Program-made: the position numbers and the translations under genes
Notes under the pieces: model-generated
The model's database searches: none
The model's input: only the letters and a program-made list of their open reading frames with translations
Told to the model about the DNA's origin: nothing
Shown: positions 11,770 to 21,444 of the stretch, one piece after another
How the letters are laid out: every line of letters starts with the position of its first letter
Numbering within the stretch: the stretch's first letter is position 1
Assembly (NCBI GenBank): GCA_963725865.1
Contig: CAVSAC010000014.1
Location: 640,001 to 704,000, forward strand
Reading direction: 5' to 3'
Length of the DNA stretch: 64,000 bases
DNA from: Candidatus Eiseniibacteriota bacterium
Lineage (GTDB): Bacteria; Eisenbacteria; RBG-16-71-46

Positions 11770-14490
11770 ATGATCGCGGCCCTGGCGAGCCGCCTGCGCC
11801 TCGAGCCCGAGGAGCTGCGGCAGGCGTTCATCGACGGCGGCATGCTGTTCGCCTTCACGGCGTCGTACACCCTGGTGCGGACCGCGCGGGACGCCTACTT
11901 CCTCGCCGAGCTGCCGGTCACCACCCTGCCGTGGGTCTATCTGGCGGTCGGTCTCCTGGCGTTCGTCATCGCCGGCGCGTTCGAGCGCGCGACCCACCGC
12001 TTCGCCACCTGCAAGACCCTCGGCGTGCTGTCGCTGGGCTCGGCCGTCGTGCTGCTCGCGTTCGCCTGGCTGATGGGACGCGGCGTGTCGTGGGGCCCGA
12101 TCGCGCTCTACCTGTGGGTGAACGTCTACGGGCTGCTGTTGATGGTGCAGTTCTGGGTGTTCGTCAACAGCGGCTCGGACCCGCGTGAGGCCAAGCGCAT
12201 CCTCGGCATCGTCGGGGGCGGCGGGATCGTCGGCGGCCTGGTCGGCGGAGCGCTCGCGGCGCCGCTCGCCGCGTTCGGGCTGCCGATGCTGCTGGTCGTG
12301 GGTGCGGCGCTGCTGCTGGCGGTCCCGCCGCAGGTCTATCGCGGCTCGCGGCAGGGTCACCTGCCGGCGACGGAGCCCGAGGTGGAGGACCCGGAAGAAG
12401 AGACCGTGCCTCCGGTGCGCCACCCTTACGTGCGCTGGCTGGCGCTCGCCTCGCTGTGCTCGGTCGTGGTGACCGGGCTCCTCGACTACCAGTTCAAGGT
12501 CGCGCTCCAGCAGCGCATTCCCGAGCCCGAGCGACTGGCCACGTTCATCGGCCAGTTCTACATCGCGATCAACCTGGCCTCGCTGATCGTCCAGTTGTTC
12601 GCGACCCGCTGGGCGCTCCAGCGGTTCGGGGCCGGCTGGTCGGCCGCGGTGCTGCCCGCCGGCATCACGGTGGGAGCGCTCGCGACCGTCGCGCTGCCGG
12701 GACTGATCCCGGTGGTGGCGACGCGGTTGTGGGACCAGATGGAGCGTCAATCGCTCAATCGCAGCGCGATCGAGCTGTTCTACTTCCCGCTCTCGCCCGG
12801 CCTGCGGCGCCGCGTGAAGTCGGCGATCGGCGCCGGGCTCGAGCGCCTCGGCGACGCGCTGGCGGGTGGCCTGCTGATCGCGATCGCGGCCTTCGCCGGC
12901 TCCGGCGTGCGCACGCTCGCGATCGCGGTGCTCGCGCTCCTCGCCGTGTGGGCCGTGGCGTGGCTCGGCGTGCGGCGCGGCTACGTCTTCCAGCTCGCGC
13001 GAAACCTGCGGCGCATGAATCTCCACCACGAGCGCGAGATGATCTCGCTCCGCGAGGCCAGCCTGCTGGTCGAGATGAAGCGGCTGCTCGAGCACCCGTT
13101 CGAGCGCCTGGTGCTGCACGGCCTCGAGCTGATCGAGGAGAGCGCGCCCGAGACGCTCCCCGAACACCTGCCGGCGCTGCTCGAGCACGCCTCGCCGCGC
13201 GTGCGTGCACGCGCCGTCGCGCTGGCCGGCAAGTGGGGCGGCGAGGCGTTCCGGCCCGCCCTCGCGGCCCGCCTGGAGGACGAGGACCCCGACGTGCGCC
13301 TGGCGGCGCTGCGCGCGAGCCACGCGCGCGGCGAACTCGATCCGCTCGAAGCGGTCCGCGGCTTCCTCGAATCGGACGACCCGCGTCACCGCCGCGCCGC
13401 GCTGCTGTACGCGGCCGAGAACGCCGGCCCCGTGGACGACGCGCGGCTGCTCGCGCTCTGCGAGCGCCGGCTGCGCGACGGCACGGTCGAGGACCACGCG
13501 GCGGTCGCCGAGGCGCTCGGGCGGCGGCCCGCGGGCACGATGCTCCACGCGCTGCTCGACCGGCTGCTGCGCCACCCGCAGCGCGCCGTGCGCGTGGCGG
13601 CCTACGGCAGCGCCGGCCGGCTGCGGCGGCGCGCGGACGTGCCGATCCTGATCGAGGCGCTCACCCGGTCCGGCGAGCGCGAGGCCGCGCGCGCCGCGCT
13701 CGTGGCGTACGCCGACGGAGTTTCGGGCACGCTCTCCGACTGGCTCAGCGACCGCTCGGTTCCCAGCCCGGTGCGCCGCGAGTTGCCGCGCGTGCTGGGC
13801 GAGATCGGCACCCAGGAGGCGGCCAACGGCCTGATGCGCTGCCGCGAGCGCGAGGACGTGCGCCTCGCGTATCGCATCCTGAAGGCGTGCAACCGCATTC
13901 GCGCGGCGGACAAGCGCGTGCGTTTCGACGCGGCGCTGGCGGGCGAGGACCTGGAGCTCGACGCGCGCGCGTACGGCTTCGCGCTGGTGCACTCGCGGGC
14001 GTGTCCCGAGCAGATGGCGCCGCGCAGCCCGGAGCGCCTGCTGCTCACGGTGCTCGGCGAGCGCATGGACCAGGCGCTGGATCGCGTGTTCCGCCGCCTC
14101 GCGCTGCTCTATCCGCCGCGGACGCTGTACGACGCGTGGCGCGGGCTCTCGGGCGACCGGCGCCAGCGCGGCAACGCGATCGAGTACCTCGAGAACGCGC
14201 TGGCCCCCGCGCATCGCGCGCTGGTGCTGCCGCTGGTGAACGCCGGCAGCGACGAGGAGCGCCTGCGCTTCGTCGAGCAGCGCTGGGGATTCCGGCCGCT
14301 GGCGTACGACGACTCGCTCGAGCAGATTCTCGGATCCGAAGACGTCTGGCTGCGCGCGGTCGCGCTCCAGGTCATCGGCACGCGGCGCGACCGCCGCATG
14401 CTGACGCAGGTCGAGGCCAACCTGGGCGCGTCCAACGCGCTCGTTCGCGAGATCGCCGCGTGGGCCGTCGCGGCGATCGCACTGGGGTAG
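11770..14490 (+). CDS. Npt1/Npt2-family nucleotide transporter fused to HEAT repeats
   Basis: N-terminal TM domain with ARDAYFL, QFWVFVN, DPREAKR, LLDYQFK and ELFYFP; C-terminal HEAT-like helices (LEDEDPDVRLAAL, SNALVREIAAWA). Confidence 0.85.
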   Translation: MIAALASRLRLEPEELRQAFIDGGMLFAFTASYTLVRTARDAYFLAELPVTTLPWVYLAVGLLAFVIAGAFERATHRFATCKTLGVLSLGSAVVLLAFAWLMGRGVSWGPIALYLWVNVYGLLLMVQFWVFVNSGSDPREAKRILGIVGGGGIVGGLVGGALAAPLAAFGLPMLLVVGAALLLAVPPQVYRGSRQGHLPATEPEVEDPEEETVPPVRHPYVRWLALASLCSVVVTGLLDYQFKVALQQRIPEPERLATFIGQFYIAINLASLIVQLFATRWALQRFGAGWSAAVLPAGITVGALATVALPGLIPVVATRLWDQMERQSLNRSAIELFYFPLSPGLRRRVKSAIGAGLERLGDALAGGLLIAIAAFAGSGVRTLAIAVLALLAVWAVAWLGVRRGYVFQLARNLRRMNLHHEREMISLREASLLVEMKRLLEHPFERLVLHGLELIEESAPETLPEHLPALLEHASPRVRARAVALAGKWGGEAFRPALAARLEDEDPDVRLAALRASHARGELDPLEAVRGFLESDDPRHRRAALLYAAENAGPVDDARLLALCERRLRDGTVEDHAAVAEALGRRPAGTMLHALLDRLLRHPQRAVRVAAYGSAGRLRRRADVPILIEALTRSGEREAARAALVAYADGVSGTLSDWLSDRSVPSPVRRELPRVLGEIGTQEAANGLMRCREREDVRLAYRILKACNRIRAADKRVRFDAALAGEDLELDARAYGFALVHSRACPEQMAPRSPERLLLTVLGERMDQALDRVFRRLALLYPPRTLYDAWRGLSGDRRQRGNAIEYLENALAPAHRALVLPLVNAGSDEERLRFVEQRWGFRPLAYDDSLEQILGSEDVWLRAVALQVIGTRRDRRMLTQVEANLGASNALVREIAAWAVAAIALG

Positions 14491-14493
14491 CCC

Positions 14494-15039
14494 ATGTCCG
14501 ACACCCTCACGCTGGTCGAGAAGACCGCCTTCCTGAAGAGCCTGCCACTGCTGGCCTCGATCCCCACCGAGGCACTCGCGCAGCTCGCGTCACGCTCGCG
14601 CGAGGTGCACGCCGAGCCGAGCGAGACGCTGATCCACGCCGGCGAGCCCAGCCGCGGCCCGTGGCTGGTGGTGGACGGGCGGCTCGAGCAGCACATGGCG
14701 GGCAGCCTGGTGCGCGTGCTGCTGCCCGGCATGGGATTCGGCGAGCTGTTCGTGTCGGAGGGCACCGCCACCGATTACACGGTGCGCGCGCTGGACCACG
14801 CGCACGTGCTCAATCTCTCGCGCGACGACGTGCTCGAGGCGCTGGTCGACTTCCCGGAGCTGGCGGTCAGCCTGATGCGCGCGTTCGCGCTGCGCGTGCA
14901 CGACATGACCGTGCGGGTGCTCGACCTCGAGCGCCTGATCGCGAGCATGCAGCGCGCGCTCGAGGCGGCGGGGCTCCCGCTGCCCGAACCGGAGCCGAGC
15001 GTCGGCACCCTGCTGGCGGCGGACGACGACACCATCTGA
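14494..15039 (+). CDS. cyclic-nucleotide-binding (Crp-like cNMP) domain protein
   Basis: LTLVEKTAFLKSLPLL, LIHAGEP, VVDGRL and GFGEL; 3 bp after the Npt-HEAT gene; coiled C-terminus with no evident HTH. Confidence 0.8.
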   Translation: MSDTLTLVEKTAFLKSLPLLASIPTEALAQLASRSREVHAEPSETLIHAGEPSRGPWLVVDGRLEQHMAGSLVRVLLPGMGFGELFVSEGTATDYTVRALDHAHVLNLSRDDVLEALVDFPELAVSLMRAFALRVHDMTVRVLDLERLIASMQRALEAAGLPLPEPEPSVGTLLAADDDTI

Positions 15040-15102
15040 CCGCCGGCCGCCTCCCGATGTCGCGCCGGCCGCGGACCAGCAGGGCCCGCGCGGCGCGGGC
15101 GG

Positions 15103-15903
15103 TTAGCGGCCGTCGCCGTCCAGCAGGTTGCCGAGGCCGCCGAGGATCGAGCCCTCGTCCACGCGCCGGCCGCCGGTCTGGGGCGCCGCGGCATAGATGC
15201 GGCTCGCGAGCCGGCTGAACGGCAGCGACTGCAGCCACACCTTGCCCGGCCCCCGCAGGGTGGCGAAGAACAGGCCCTCGCCGCCGAACAGCGCGGTCTT
15301 GATGCCGCCCACCAGCTGGATGTCGTACGTCACGCTCGGCACCAGGCCCACCAGGCAGCCGGTGTCGACGCGCAGCGTCTCGCCCGCGGAGAGGACCTTC
15401 TCCTCCAGCATGCCGCCGGCGTGCACGAACACCCAGCCGTCGCCGGTCAGGCGCTCCATGATGAAGCCCTCGCCGCCGAACAGCCCGGCGCCGAAGCGCT
15501 TGTTGAACGCGATGCCGAGCTGCACGCCCTTCGCGGCGCACAGGAACGAGTCCTTCTGGCAGATGATCTCGCCGCCGACCTCCGCGAGGTGCACCGGCAT
15601 GATGCGGCCCGGGTACGGCGCGGCGAACGCCACCTTGCGCTTCTGCTGGGACTCGTTGTGGAACACGGTGGTGAACAGCGACTCGCCGGTGAGCAGGCGC
15701 TTGCCGGCGCCGAGCAGCGCGCCCATGAAGCCCTTCTGGGCGCCCGAGCCGTCACCGAAGACGGTATCCATCTGGATGCCGTCCTCGATGTACATCATCA
15801 TGCCCGCTTCGGCGACCGCGGCCTCGCCGGGATCGAGCTCGAGCTTCACGAACTGCAGGTCCTCGCCGACGATCTCGTAGTCCACCTCGTGCATGGTGCT
15901 CAT
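15103..15903 (-). CDS. TIGR00266/AIM24 family protein
   Basis: [37 protein letters not shown] twice, [11 protein letters not shown]. Confidence 0.9.
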   Translation of the reverse strand: MSTMHEVDYEIVGEDLQFVKLELDPGEAAVAEAGMMMYIEDGIQMDTVFGDGSGAQKGFMGALLGAGKRLLTGESLFTTVFHNESQQKRKVAFAAPYPGRIMPVHLAEVGGEIICQKDSFLCAAKGVQLGIAFNKRFGAGLFGGEGFIMERLTGDGWVFVHAGGMLEEKVLSAGETLRVDTGCLVGLVPSVTYDIQLVGGIKTALFGGEGLFFATLRGPGKVWLQSLPFSRLASRIYAAAPQTGGRRVDEGSILGGLGNLLDGDGR

Positions 15904-16204
15904 CGCGCTCTCCGTGGGTGTGGGCTCGTGCGCGGCCACGGCTGCGCCGCGCGGTCTGGATACGTCAACGGGGCGAGGCGGGTTGCCGCTCCGATCGCGC
16001 GCTCCGGACTTCCGGAAGCCGCGCGGGGCCCGCGTCCGGGCGGCATTCTAGGCCGCGCTCGGCGGGGCTTCCACCGCGCGCGCGCCGGCCGCGCCGCGTC
16101 GCCGGCCGCGTGCGAGCGCGCGGGCCGGCTGCTAATCTGCGGCGGTCGCCGGTTGCCACGCCGTCCTTCGCCGCGCCCGCTCGTCCGCTGGAGGTCCCTG
16201 ACCG

Positions 16205-17263
16205 ATGCGTGCTTCCCGTCCCTGCACTCCTGCCGGTGCGCTCGCCCTCGCCGCCGTGCTGGCGGCGCTCGCCGGATCGTGCGGCCCGCGGCGCTCCGCC
16301 CCGGGCACCGCCACCGCCGACTCCACGCTGACCGCCGAGCCGGTCGGAACCGGCTCCAAGTCGCAGGTGACGTTCGTCGAGGTGACGCCGCACACCCGGC
16401 GGGTGGCGCTGCCGCTCGGCAGCGGCGGCGACAGCCTGCTGCTACGCCCGTCCGCGAAGGGGCGCACCGGCGGCTGGAGCATCCAGCGCCGCGCGGGCGC
16501 CGATGGCACCACCACCGCGGTCGGCTCGCTGGTCGGAGCACTCGAGGCGGCCGGGACCGTGGACCTGCACCACGACGGGACCCGCGAGGCCTTCCTGGTG
16601 GCCTCCGACGGCGGCTCCGGGCTGACGAACCGCGAGCTCGACCTTTACTGCACCCCGTCGGAGAAGCTGCTCACGCTCACGCTCACGTTCATGCACGACG
16701 CCACCGAGCCGGTACCGTCGGTCGTGCGCAGCGACGAGCTCGAGCAGCCGCCCTTCGCGCCCGAGGCCTCGTTCCTCGAGGGCATCAAGCGCGACTACGG
16801 CTACGTCAGCGAAGCCGATCTGGCGCGCGGCGACGACCCCGCGCGGGCGTTCTACTACTGGCGCACCGACAACGCGGGGCACGTGGACGGCGCGCCGCTG
16901 AAGCTGCGGCGCTTCCCGGGCCGCCGCGCCGGGATGGGCAGCATCGAGGACTCGCTGGTGGTGGGCGGCGTGACCTACACCGCCTACTTCAAGAGCGGGG
17001 TGGTCGCCTACGACCCGGCGGCGAACGAGCACTGGGTGATGTTCCACCCCGACGACCCGTTCGACTGGCCGACGCATCTGGCCACCGCCGGCGACGTGCT
17101 CGTGATCGGCACCCGCGGCGAGGGGCTGGTGTTCGTGAAGCTGCCGACGCTCCAGATGCGCCGCATGCGCGTGCTGGGCAACGACACGGTGCAGCAGCTC
17201 GAGGTCCGCGACAGCCTGGTGGTCGTCAACGGCGCGGCCCGGGTGGCGGTGCCGGAGTTCTAG
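16205..17263 (+). CDS. hypothetical lipoprotein
   Basis: LAALAGSC lipobox-like signal; typical high-GC codon pattern; TGCTAATCT extended -10-like element about 70 bp upstream. Confidence 0.7.
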   Translation: MRASRPCTPAGALALAAVLAALAGSCGPRRSAPGTATADSTLTAEPVGTGSKSQVTFVEVTPHTRRVALPLGSGGDSLLLRPSAKGRTGGWSIQRRAGADGTTTAVGSLVGALEAAGTVDLHHDGTREAFLVASDGGSGLTNRELDLYCTPSEKLLTLTLTFMHDATEPVPSVVRSDELEQPPFAPEASFLEGIKRDYGYVSEADLARGDDPARAFYYWRTDNAGHVDGAPLKLRRFPGRRAGMGSIEDSLVVGGVTYTAYFKSGVVAYDPAANEHWVMFHPDDPFDWPTHLATAGDVLVIGTRGEGLVFVKLPTLQMRRMRVLGNDTVQQLEVRDSLVVVNGAARVAVPEF

Positions 17264-17267
17264 CCGC

Positions 17268-18059
17268 CTACTCGACCTCGCGCAGGCCGTGGCGCCCGAC
17301 CAGCTCCTCGAAGCGCTGCAGGCCCTCGAGATCGTCGGGACCGAGGCGGTAGTGGAAGCGTCGCATGTACGCCTCGAGCTCGTCGGGCGTCCAGCCGGTG
17401 CCGGTCCACTGGCGCGCGACCTCCGGCAGCGACGCGAGCCCGGCCGCCAGCGAGGTCTCGAGGAACTCGCGCAGCTCGGCCTTCACGCCCGCGTCGAGGT
17501 CGCGCCGCACCGCCCACACCGCGAACACGAACGCGAGCCCGGTCCATTCCAGCCAGTCGGCACCGAGATCGAGCGTCTGCGTGAAGCCCTCGGGCCGGCG
17601 GTCGCGCATGCGCATCGCGTCGTCGCCGATCATCAGCAGCGCGTCGGACTGGCCGGGCTCCAGCCCGCGCACGTAGCGCACGCCCTCGAGGCCGCGGCGC
17701 ACGTCGAGCAGCAGGTGCAGCAGCCGGATCGAGGTCGAGGTCGCGGGCGTCACCGAGATCAGCGCGTGCGCGAGCGCGGCCGCCGGTCGGCGCGAGTAGA
17801 GCAGCACCGAGTCGACCGCGCCGCGGCGCGCGACGCCGAACGGCCCCAGCAGCTCGAAGCGGTCCTGCATCCTCAGGTAGTCGCCGACCGCCATGACGCC
17901 GAGGTCCACGCGGCCGGCCTCGGCCTCGCGACCCAGCTCGCGCGGCAGCAGGTTGCGCACCGCGAACGGCGCGTCGGCCCACAGCGTGTAGAACGGCGCG
18001 CAGTTCGCGTACGGGATGCGGGCGGCGACGGTGGCGGTCGAGAGGTGGGGTCGCAGCAT
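17268..18059 (-). CDS. mqnA: chorismate dehydratase (futalosine menaquinone pathway)
   Basis: RIPYANCAP, GAVDSVLL, TSTSIRLL, LMIGDDAM and DLGADWLEWTGLAFVFAVW. Confidence 0.88.
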   Translation of the reverse strand: MLRPHLSTATVAARIPYANCAPFYTLWADAPFAVRNLLPRELGREAEAGRVDLGVMAVGDYLRMQDRFELLGPFGVARRGAVDSVLLYSRRPAAALAHALISVTPATSTSIRLLHLLLDVRRGLEGVRYVRGLEPGQSDALLMIGDDAMRMRDRRPEGFTQTLDLGADWLEWTGLAFVFAVWAVRRDLDAGVKAELREFLETSLAAGLASLPEVARQWTGTGWTPDELEAYMRRFHYRLGPDDLEGLQRFEELVGRHGLREVE

Positions 18060-18126
18060 GGCGCGCGGCATCCTACGACAGGCGCGGGGCGCGGTCGAGC
18101 CGCGCAGGGCCTCGCCGCCGGGCGGC

Positions 18127-19023
18127 TCACAGCGGCAGACACACCTGCACCGGCTCCTCGGGCGGCTGCAGCCGCAACATGCGCCGGTCGGCGATCGCGT
18201 GGCGGCGCTTGAGCTCGGCCACCTGTTCGCGCAGCGCGTCGACGTGGGTGCGCTTGAGATAGGCGCCGGCCGCGAACAGCCGCTCGTACTCCGGCAGCAG
18301 CGCGGGCCAGTCGCGCGCCAGGCTCGCGAAGAAGTGCTCGCGCGTGCCGGGCCGCAGGTTCACGACGTCGGCCCAGATGAACGCGGCTCCGGCGTCACGC
18401 GCGGCGCGCACCACGGCCGCCAGCTGCTCCGGCCGGTCGGAGAGCCCGGGGAGCACGGGCGCCATCGCCACGCCGGCGCGCACGCCGCCGGCGATCAGAC
18501 GGCCGAGCGCCCGCAGCCGCGCCTGCGGTGGCGCGGTCGCGGGCTCGGTGGTGCGCCATACCGCCTCGTCGAGCGTCGGCACCGAGAACGACACCGAGAC
18601 CGTGGCGCGACGCGACGCCTCCTGCAGGCGATCGAGGTCGCGCACCACCAGCGGCCCGCGGGTGATGAGGTTGAAACCGGTGCGCGCTTCGGCGAGCACG
18701 GCGAGGCACGCGCGTGTCAGCCGGTAGCGGCCCTCCGCCGGCTGGTAGGGGTCCGTCGCCGCGCCGATCACCACCGGGTCGCGCTTCCACGTCGGGCGCA
18801 CGAGCTCGGCGCGCAGCACCTCGGCGATATTGGTCTTCACGCGGATGCTCCAACCGTAGCGCTGGTCGCTCGGCCGCTCCGCGCGCCGCTCGAACGCGCG
18901 CACGTAGCAGAACGTGCAGCGGTGGGCGCAGCCCATGTAGGGATTGAGCGACCACTCGAAGCCCATCCCGGTCACCCGGTTGAGGGCCGAGCGGCAGGGC
19001 TCCTCGCGGTACTCGACGCGCAT
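18127..19023 (-). CDS. radical SAM protein, spore-photoproduct-lyase-like/Rv2578c-like family
   Basis: WSLNPYMGCAHRCTFCY (CxxxCxxC) and TDPYQPAEGRYRLTR. Confidence 0.85.
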   Translation of the reverse strand: MRVEYREEPCRSALNRVTGMGFEWSLNPYMGCAHRCTFCYVRAFERRAERPSDQRYGWSIRVKTNIAEVLRAELVRPTWKRDPVVIGAATDPYQPAEGRYRLTRACLAVLAEARTGFNLITRGPLVVRDLDRLQEASRRATVSVSFSVPTLDEAVWRTTEPATAPPQARLRALGRLIAGGVRAGVAMAPVLPGLSDRPEQLAAVVRAARDAGAAFIWADVVNLRPGTREHFFASLARDWPALLPEYERLFAAGAYLKRTHVDALREQVAELKRRHAIADRRMLRLQPPEEPVQVCLPL

Positions 19024-19030
19024 GGCCGCG

Positions 19031-19059
19031 ACTATCGCAGTCGAGGCCTCATTGCTCAA
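19031..19059 (-). promoter_or_regulatory. sigma70-type promoter, probably giving a leaderless mRNA
   Basis: Minus strand TTGAGC-17 nt-GATAGT (with upstream TG), 7 nt before the ATG; no SD sequence. Confidence 0.45.
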
Positions 19060-19254
19060 GTGTGCAGTTGCGGCGCTGGCGGCTGAGTGATGGGGCGCCG
19101 CGGGGCCGTGCGCGGGGCCCCGCGATGGACCAGGCGGCGCCGGAGCGCAGTCCTTGCAAAGCCCTGCGATCCGCGGGCCTCGGCCGGCGCGGCGGCCGCG
19201 GCGGCCGCCGCGGCCGCGCTCCAGCGCCGCGGCTCGCGGGCCGATAACGCGGCC

Positions 19255-21351
19255 ATGACGAACGCGCTGCTCGCACTCGCGCTGCTGCTGCCCTTCGCCC
19301 TGGTCGCCCTGCTGCGCAAGGCGGCCCTGCGCCAGCTCGAACGCGCTCCGGAGGGCGCGTGGTTCGGGTACTGGCGCGCCGTCAACCTGCTCGCGCTGCT
19401 GCCCTGGCTGGGCTGGATCGGGCTGATGTGGACCACCGGGACGGGATCGCGGCTCTCGCACGCGATCGACCCGCTGGGACTGCCGGCCACCACGCTGTTC
19501 ATGGGCCTGCTCTTCGGCGTGCCGCCGGCGCTCACAGTGCTGGCGATCGTCGCGCTCTCGCACGCCGTGGCGCGGCGCGCGCGTGGTGTCGAGACCTCGT
19601 TGCGCGAGGCGGTGGAGCCGGCCGCCTGGCAGCTGGTGGGACTGGTGGTGCCGCTCGCGCTGTTCGGGGTCGCGATCGCGCAGCTGACGGAGACCGACGT
19701 GCGCGGCGCCGCCACCAGCATGCTCGCGGGCATCGCGGTGATGCTGCTCGCGCTGACGCGGCGCGGCGTGGCCGGCGGACTGGCGCCGCACGCGGTGACC
19801 GCCGGCGAACTGCGCGACCGCGTATTCGCGCTGGCGGCCGCGGCGGAGCAGCGGGTGCGCATGCTGTACGTGGTGCCCGCGGCCCGCATGCGCCTCGCGA
19901 ATGCGTTCGCCGTGAACCCGAACGTGGTGATGCTCACCGACCACCTGCTCGCGCACCTCTCGCGCCGTGAGGTGGACGCGATCCTCGCGCACGAGCTCAC
20001 GCACCTGAAGCACCGGCATCCGATGAAGCTGCTCGTGTGGCCGGCCGGGCTCTGGGTGGTGGCGGCGATCGCGCGGCTCTCCGCGCCCCCCTGGCTGGTG
20101 TGGCCCCTCGCCCTGCTCGGATACCTGATCCTGCAGACGCTGATCGCGCGACGGTTCGAGGCCGCGGCCGACGCCGGGGCGGTCGCCATGACCCGCGATC
20201 CGGAGGCGATGATCGCCGCACTCGCACGCCTCACGCGCCTCAACCACCTGCCGCTCGAGTGGGGCCGCTGGACCGGCTCGCTGCTCACCCATCCGTCGAC
20301 GCTGCGGCGCGCGCGCGCGATCGGCGCCGCCGCCGGGCTGAGCGCGGAGCGCGTCGACGCGCTGCTGCGCGATGGCTGCGACGACCCCTCGCGCTACGCG
20401 ATCCCGGCCGGGATCGCCGACGGCGTGCGCGCGTTCTCGACGCCCTACAAGAGCGGCTGGAGCAATCGCATCGGCTTCGCGATGCTGGCGACGCTGGCGC
20501 TGCTGCCGGCCGCGCTGATGGCGGCCGCCGGAGCCGTGCTTCCGGCGGCGCCCCGCCTTCAGGTGGTGCTCGTGGTGATGGTGCTCGCTGCGCTCGCCGT
20601 GCTCGCGCTCGGCGACGCGCTCGGCGGGCGCCCGAGCGCCGCGCTGCGCGCCACGCTGGCCCGCCGGCTCGGCGACGCCGTCGGCGATCCGGCGCGCGCC
20701 GGCTACGTGGGCCTCGCGCCGGGCGCGCAGGCGCGGGTCTACGAGGGCTTCGGCGACTGGGATCTCGGCTTCCTCGTGCTCGAAGCCGACCGGCTGCGCT
20801 ACGTCGGCGAGCAGGCGCGCTTCGCGCTGCGCCGGGACGACGTCCTCGACGTCACGCTCGGCGCCACGCTCCCCGGCTGGGTCATGCCACCGCGCGTGGT
20901 CGTGCACTGGCGCGGGGGCGCGTTCAGCCTGCGCGACGCGGGCGTGAGCCGCGTGAGCGCCGGGGCGGCCGCGGCGCGCGCGCTGCGGGCGCGCCTGCTG
21001 GCGTGGCACGCCGAGGCGCCGCGCGAGGAGGCGAGGACGGCCGCCGGCGCGATCGCGATGGATCCCGCCGCGGCGCTCCCGCCGGCGGCGGACCGCGTCA
21101 CGTCGATGACCCCCTTCGAGGTGGCGAACCCGCGCACCCTGCTGCCGCCGACGGTGCTGCTGCTGCTCGGCGCGCTGATGGCGAGCGGGCTGTTCGGACT
21201 TCCGATCGAGCCGGAAGCCGGGGCCGGATTCGTCGACGGGTTCGCGATCGGGGTCGCGGTGCTGGTGTTCCTGCGGCTGCCATGGTGGCGCTGGCGCGAA
21301 CCCGCGCCCGTGCCGGTCGTCGCGCGCGTCGAGCAGCGGCGCGCCGCCTGA
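19255..21351 (+). CDS. M48 family membrane zinc metalloprotease with long C-terminal extension
   Basis: ANAFA, ILAHELTH, FEAAAD and THPS motifs; multiple TM helices. Confidence 0.85.
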   Translation: MTNALLALALLLPFALVALLRKAALRQLERAPEGAWFGYWRAVNLLALLPWLGWIGLMWTTGTGSRLSHAIDPLGLPATTLFMGLLFGVPPALTVLAIVALSHAVARRARGVETSLREAVEPAAWQLVGLVVPLALFGVAIAQLTETDVRGAATSMLAGIAVMLLALTRRGVAGGLAPHAVTAGELRDRVFALAAAAEQRVRMLYVVPAARMRLANAFAVNPNVVMLTDHLLAHLSRREVDAILAHELTHLKHRHPMKLLVWPAGLWVVAAIARLSAPPWLVWPLALLGYLILQTLIARRFEAAADAGAVAMTRDPEAMIAALARLTRLNHLPLEWGRWTGSLLTHPSTLRRARAIGAAAGLSAERVDALLRDGCDDPSRYAIPAGIADGVRAFSTPYKSGWSNRIGFAMLATLALLPAALMAAAGAVLPAAPRLQVVLVVMVLAALAVLALGDALGGRPSAALRATLARRLGDAVGDPARAGYVGLAPGAQARVYEGFGDWDLGFLVLEADRLRYVGEQARFALRRDDVLDVTLGATLPGWVMPPRVVVHWRGGAFSLRDAGVSRVSAGAAAARALRARLLAWHAEAPREEARTAAGAIAMDPAAALPPAADRVTSMTPFEVANPRTLLPPTVLLLLGALMASGLFGLPIEPEAGAGFVDGFAIGVAVLVFLRLPWWRWREPAPVPVVARVEQRRAA

Positions 21352-21444
21352 GGCGAGCGAGCGCGCGACCGGGATCGCACGGTCGCTGGGCGCTCGCGGG
21401 AACCGACGTGCCCGCGCCAGCGGCCACGCCGGACTCCCGCAGGC

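Noticed and set aside
19181..19220. GCGGCC-rich short repeats/palindrome between divergent genes
   Set aside because: Low-complexity GC sequence expected by chance at this composition
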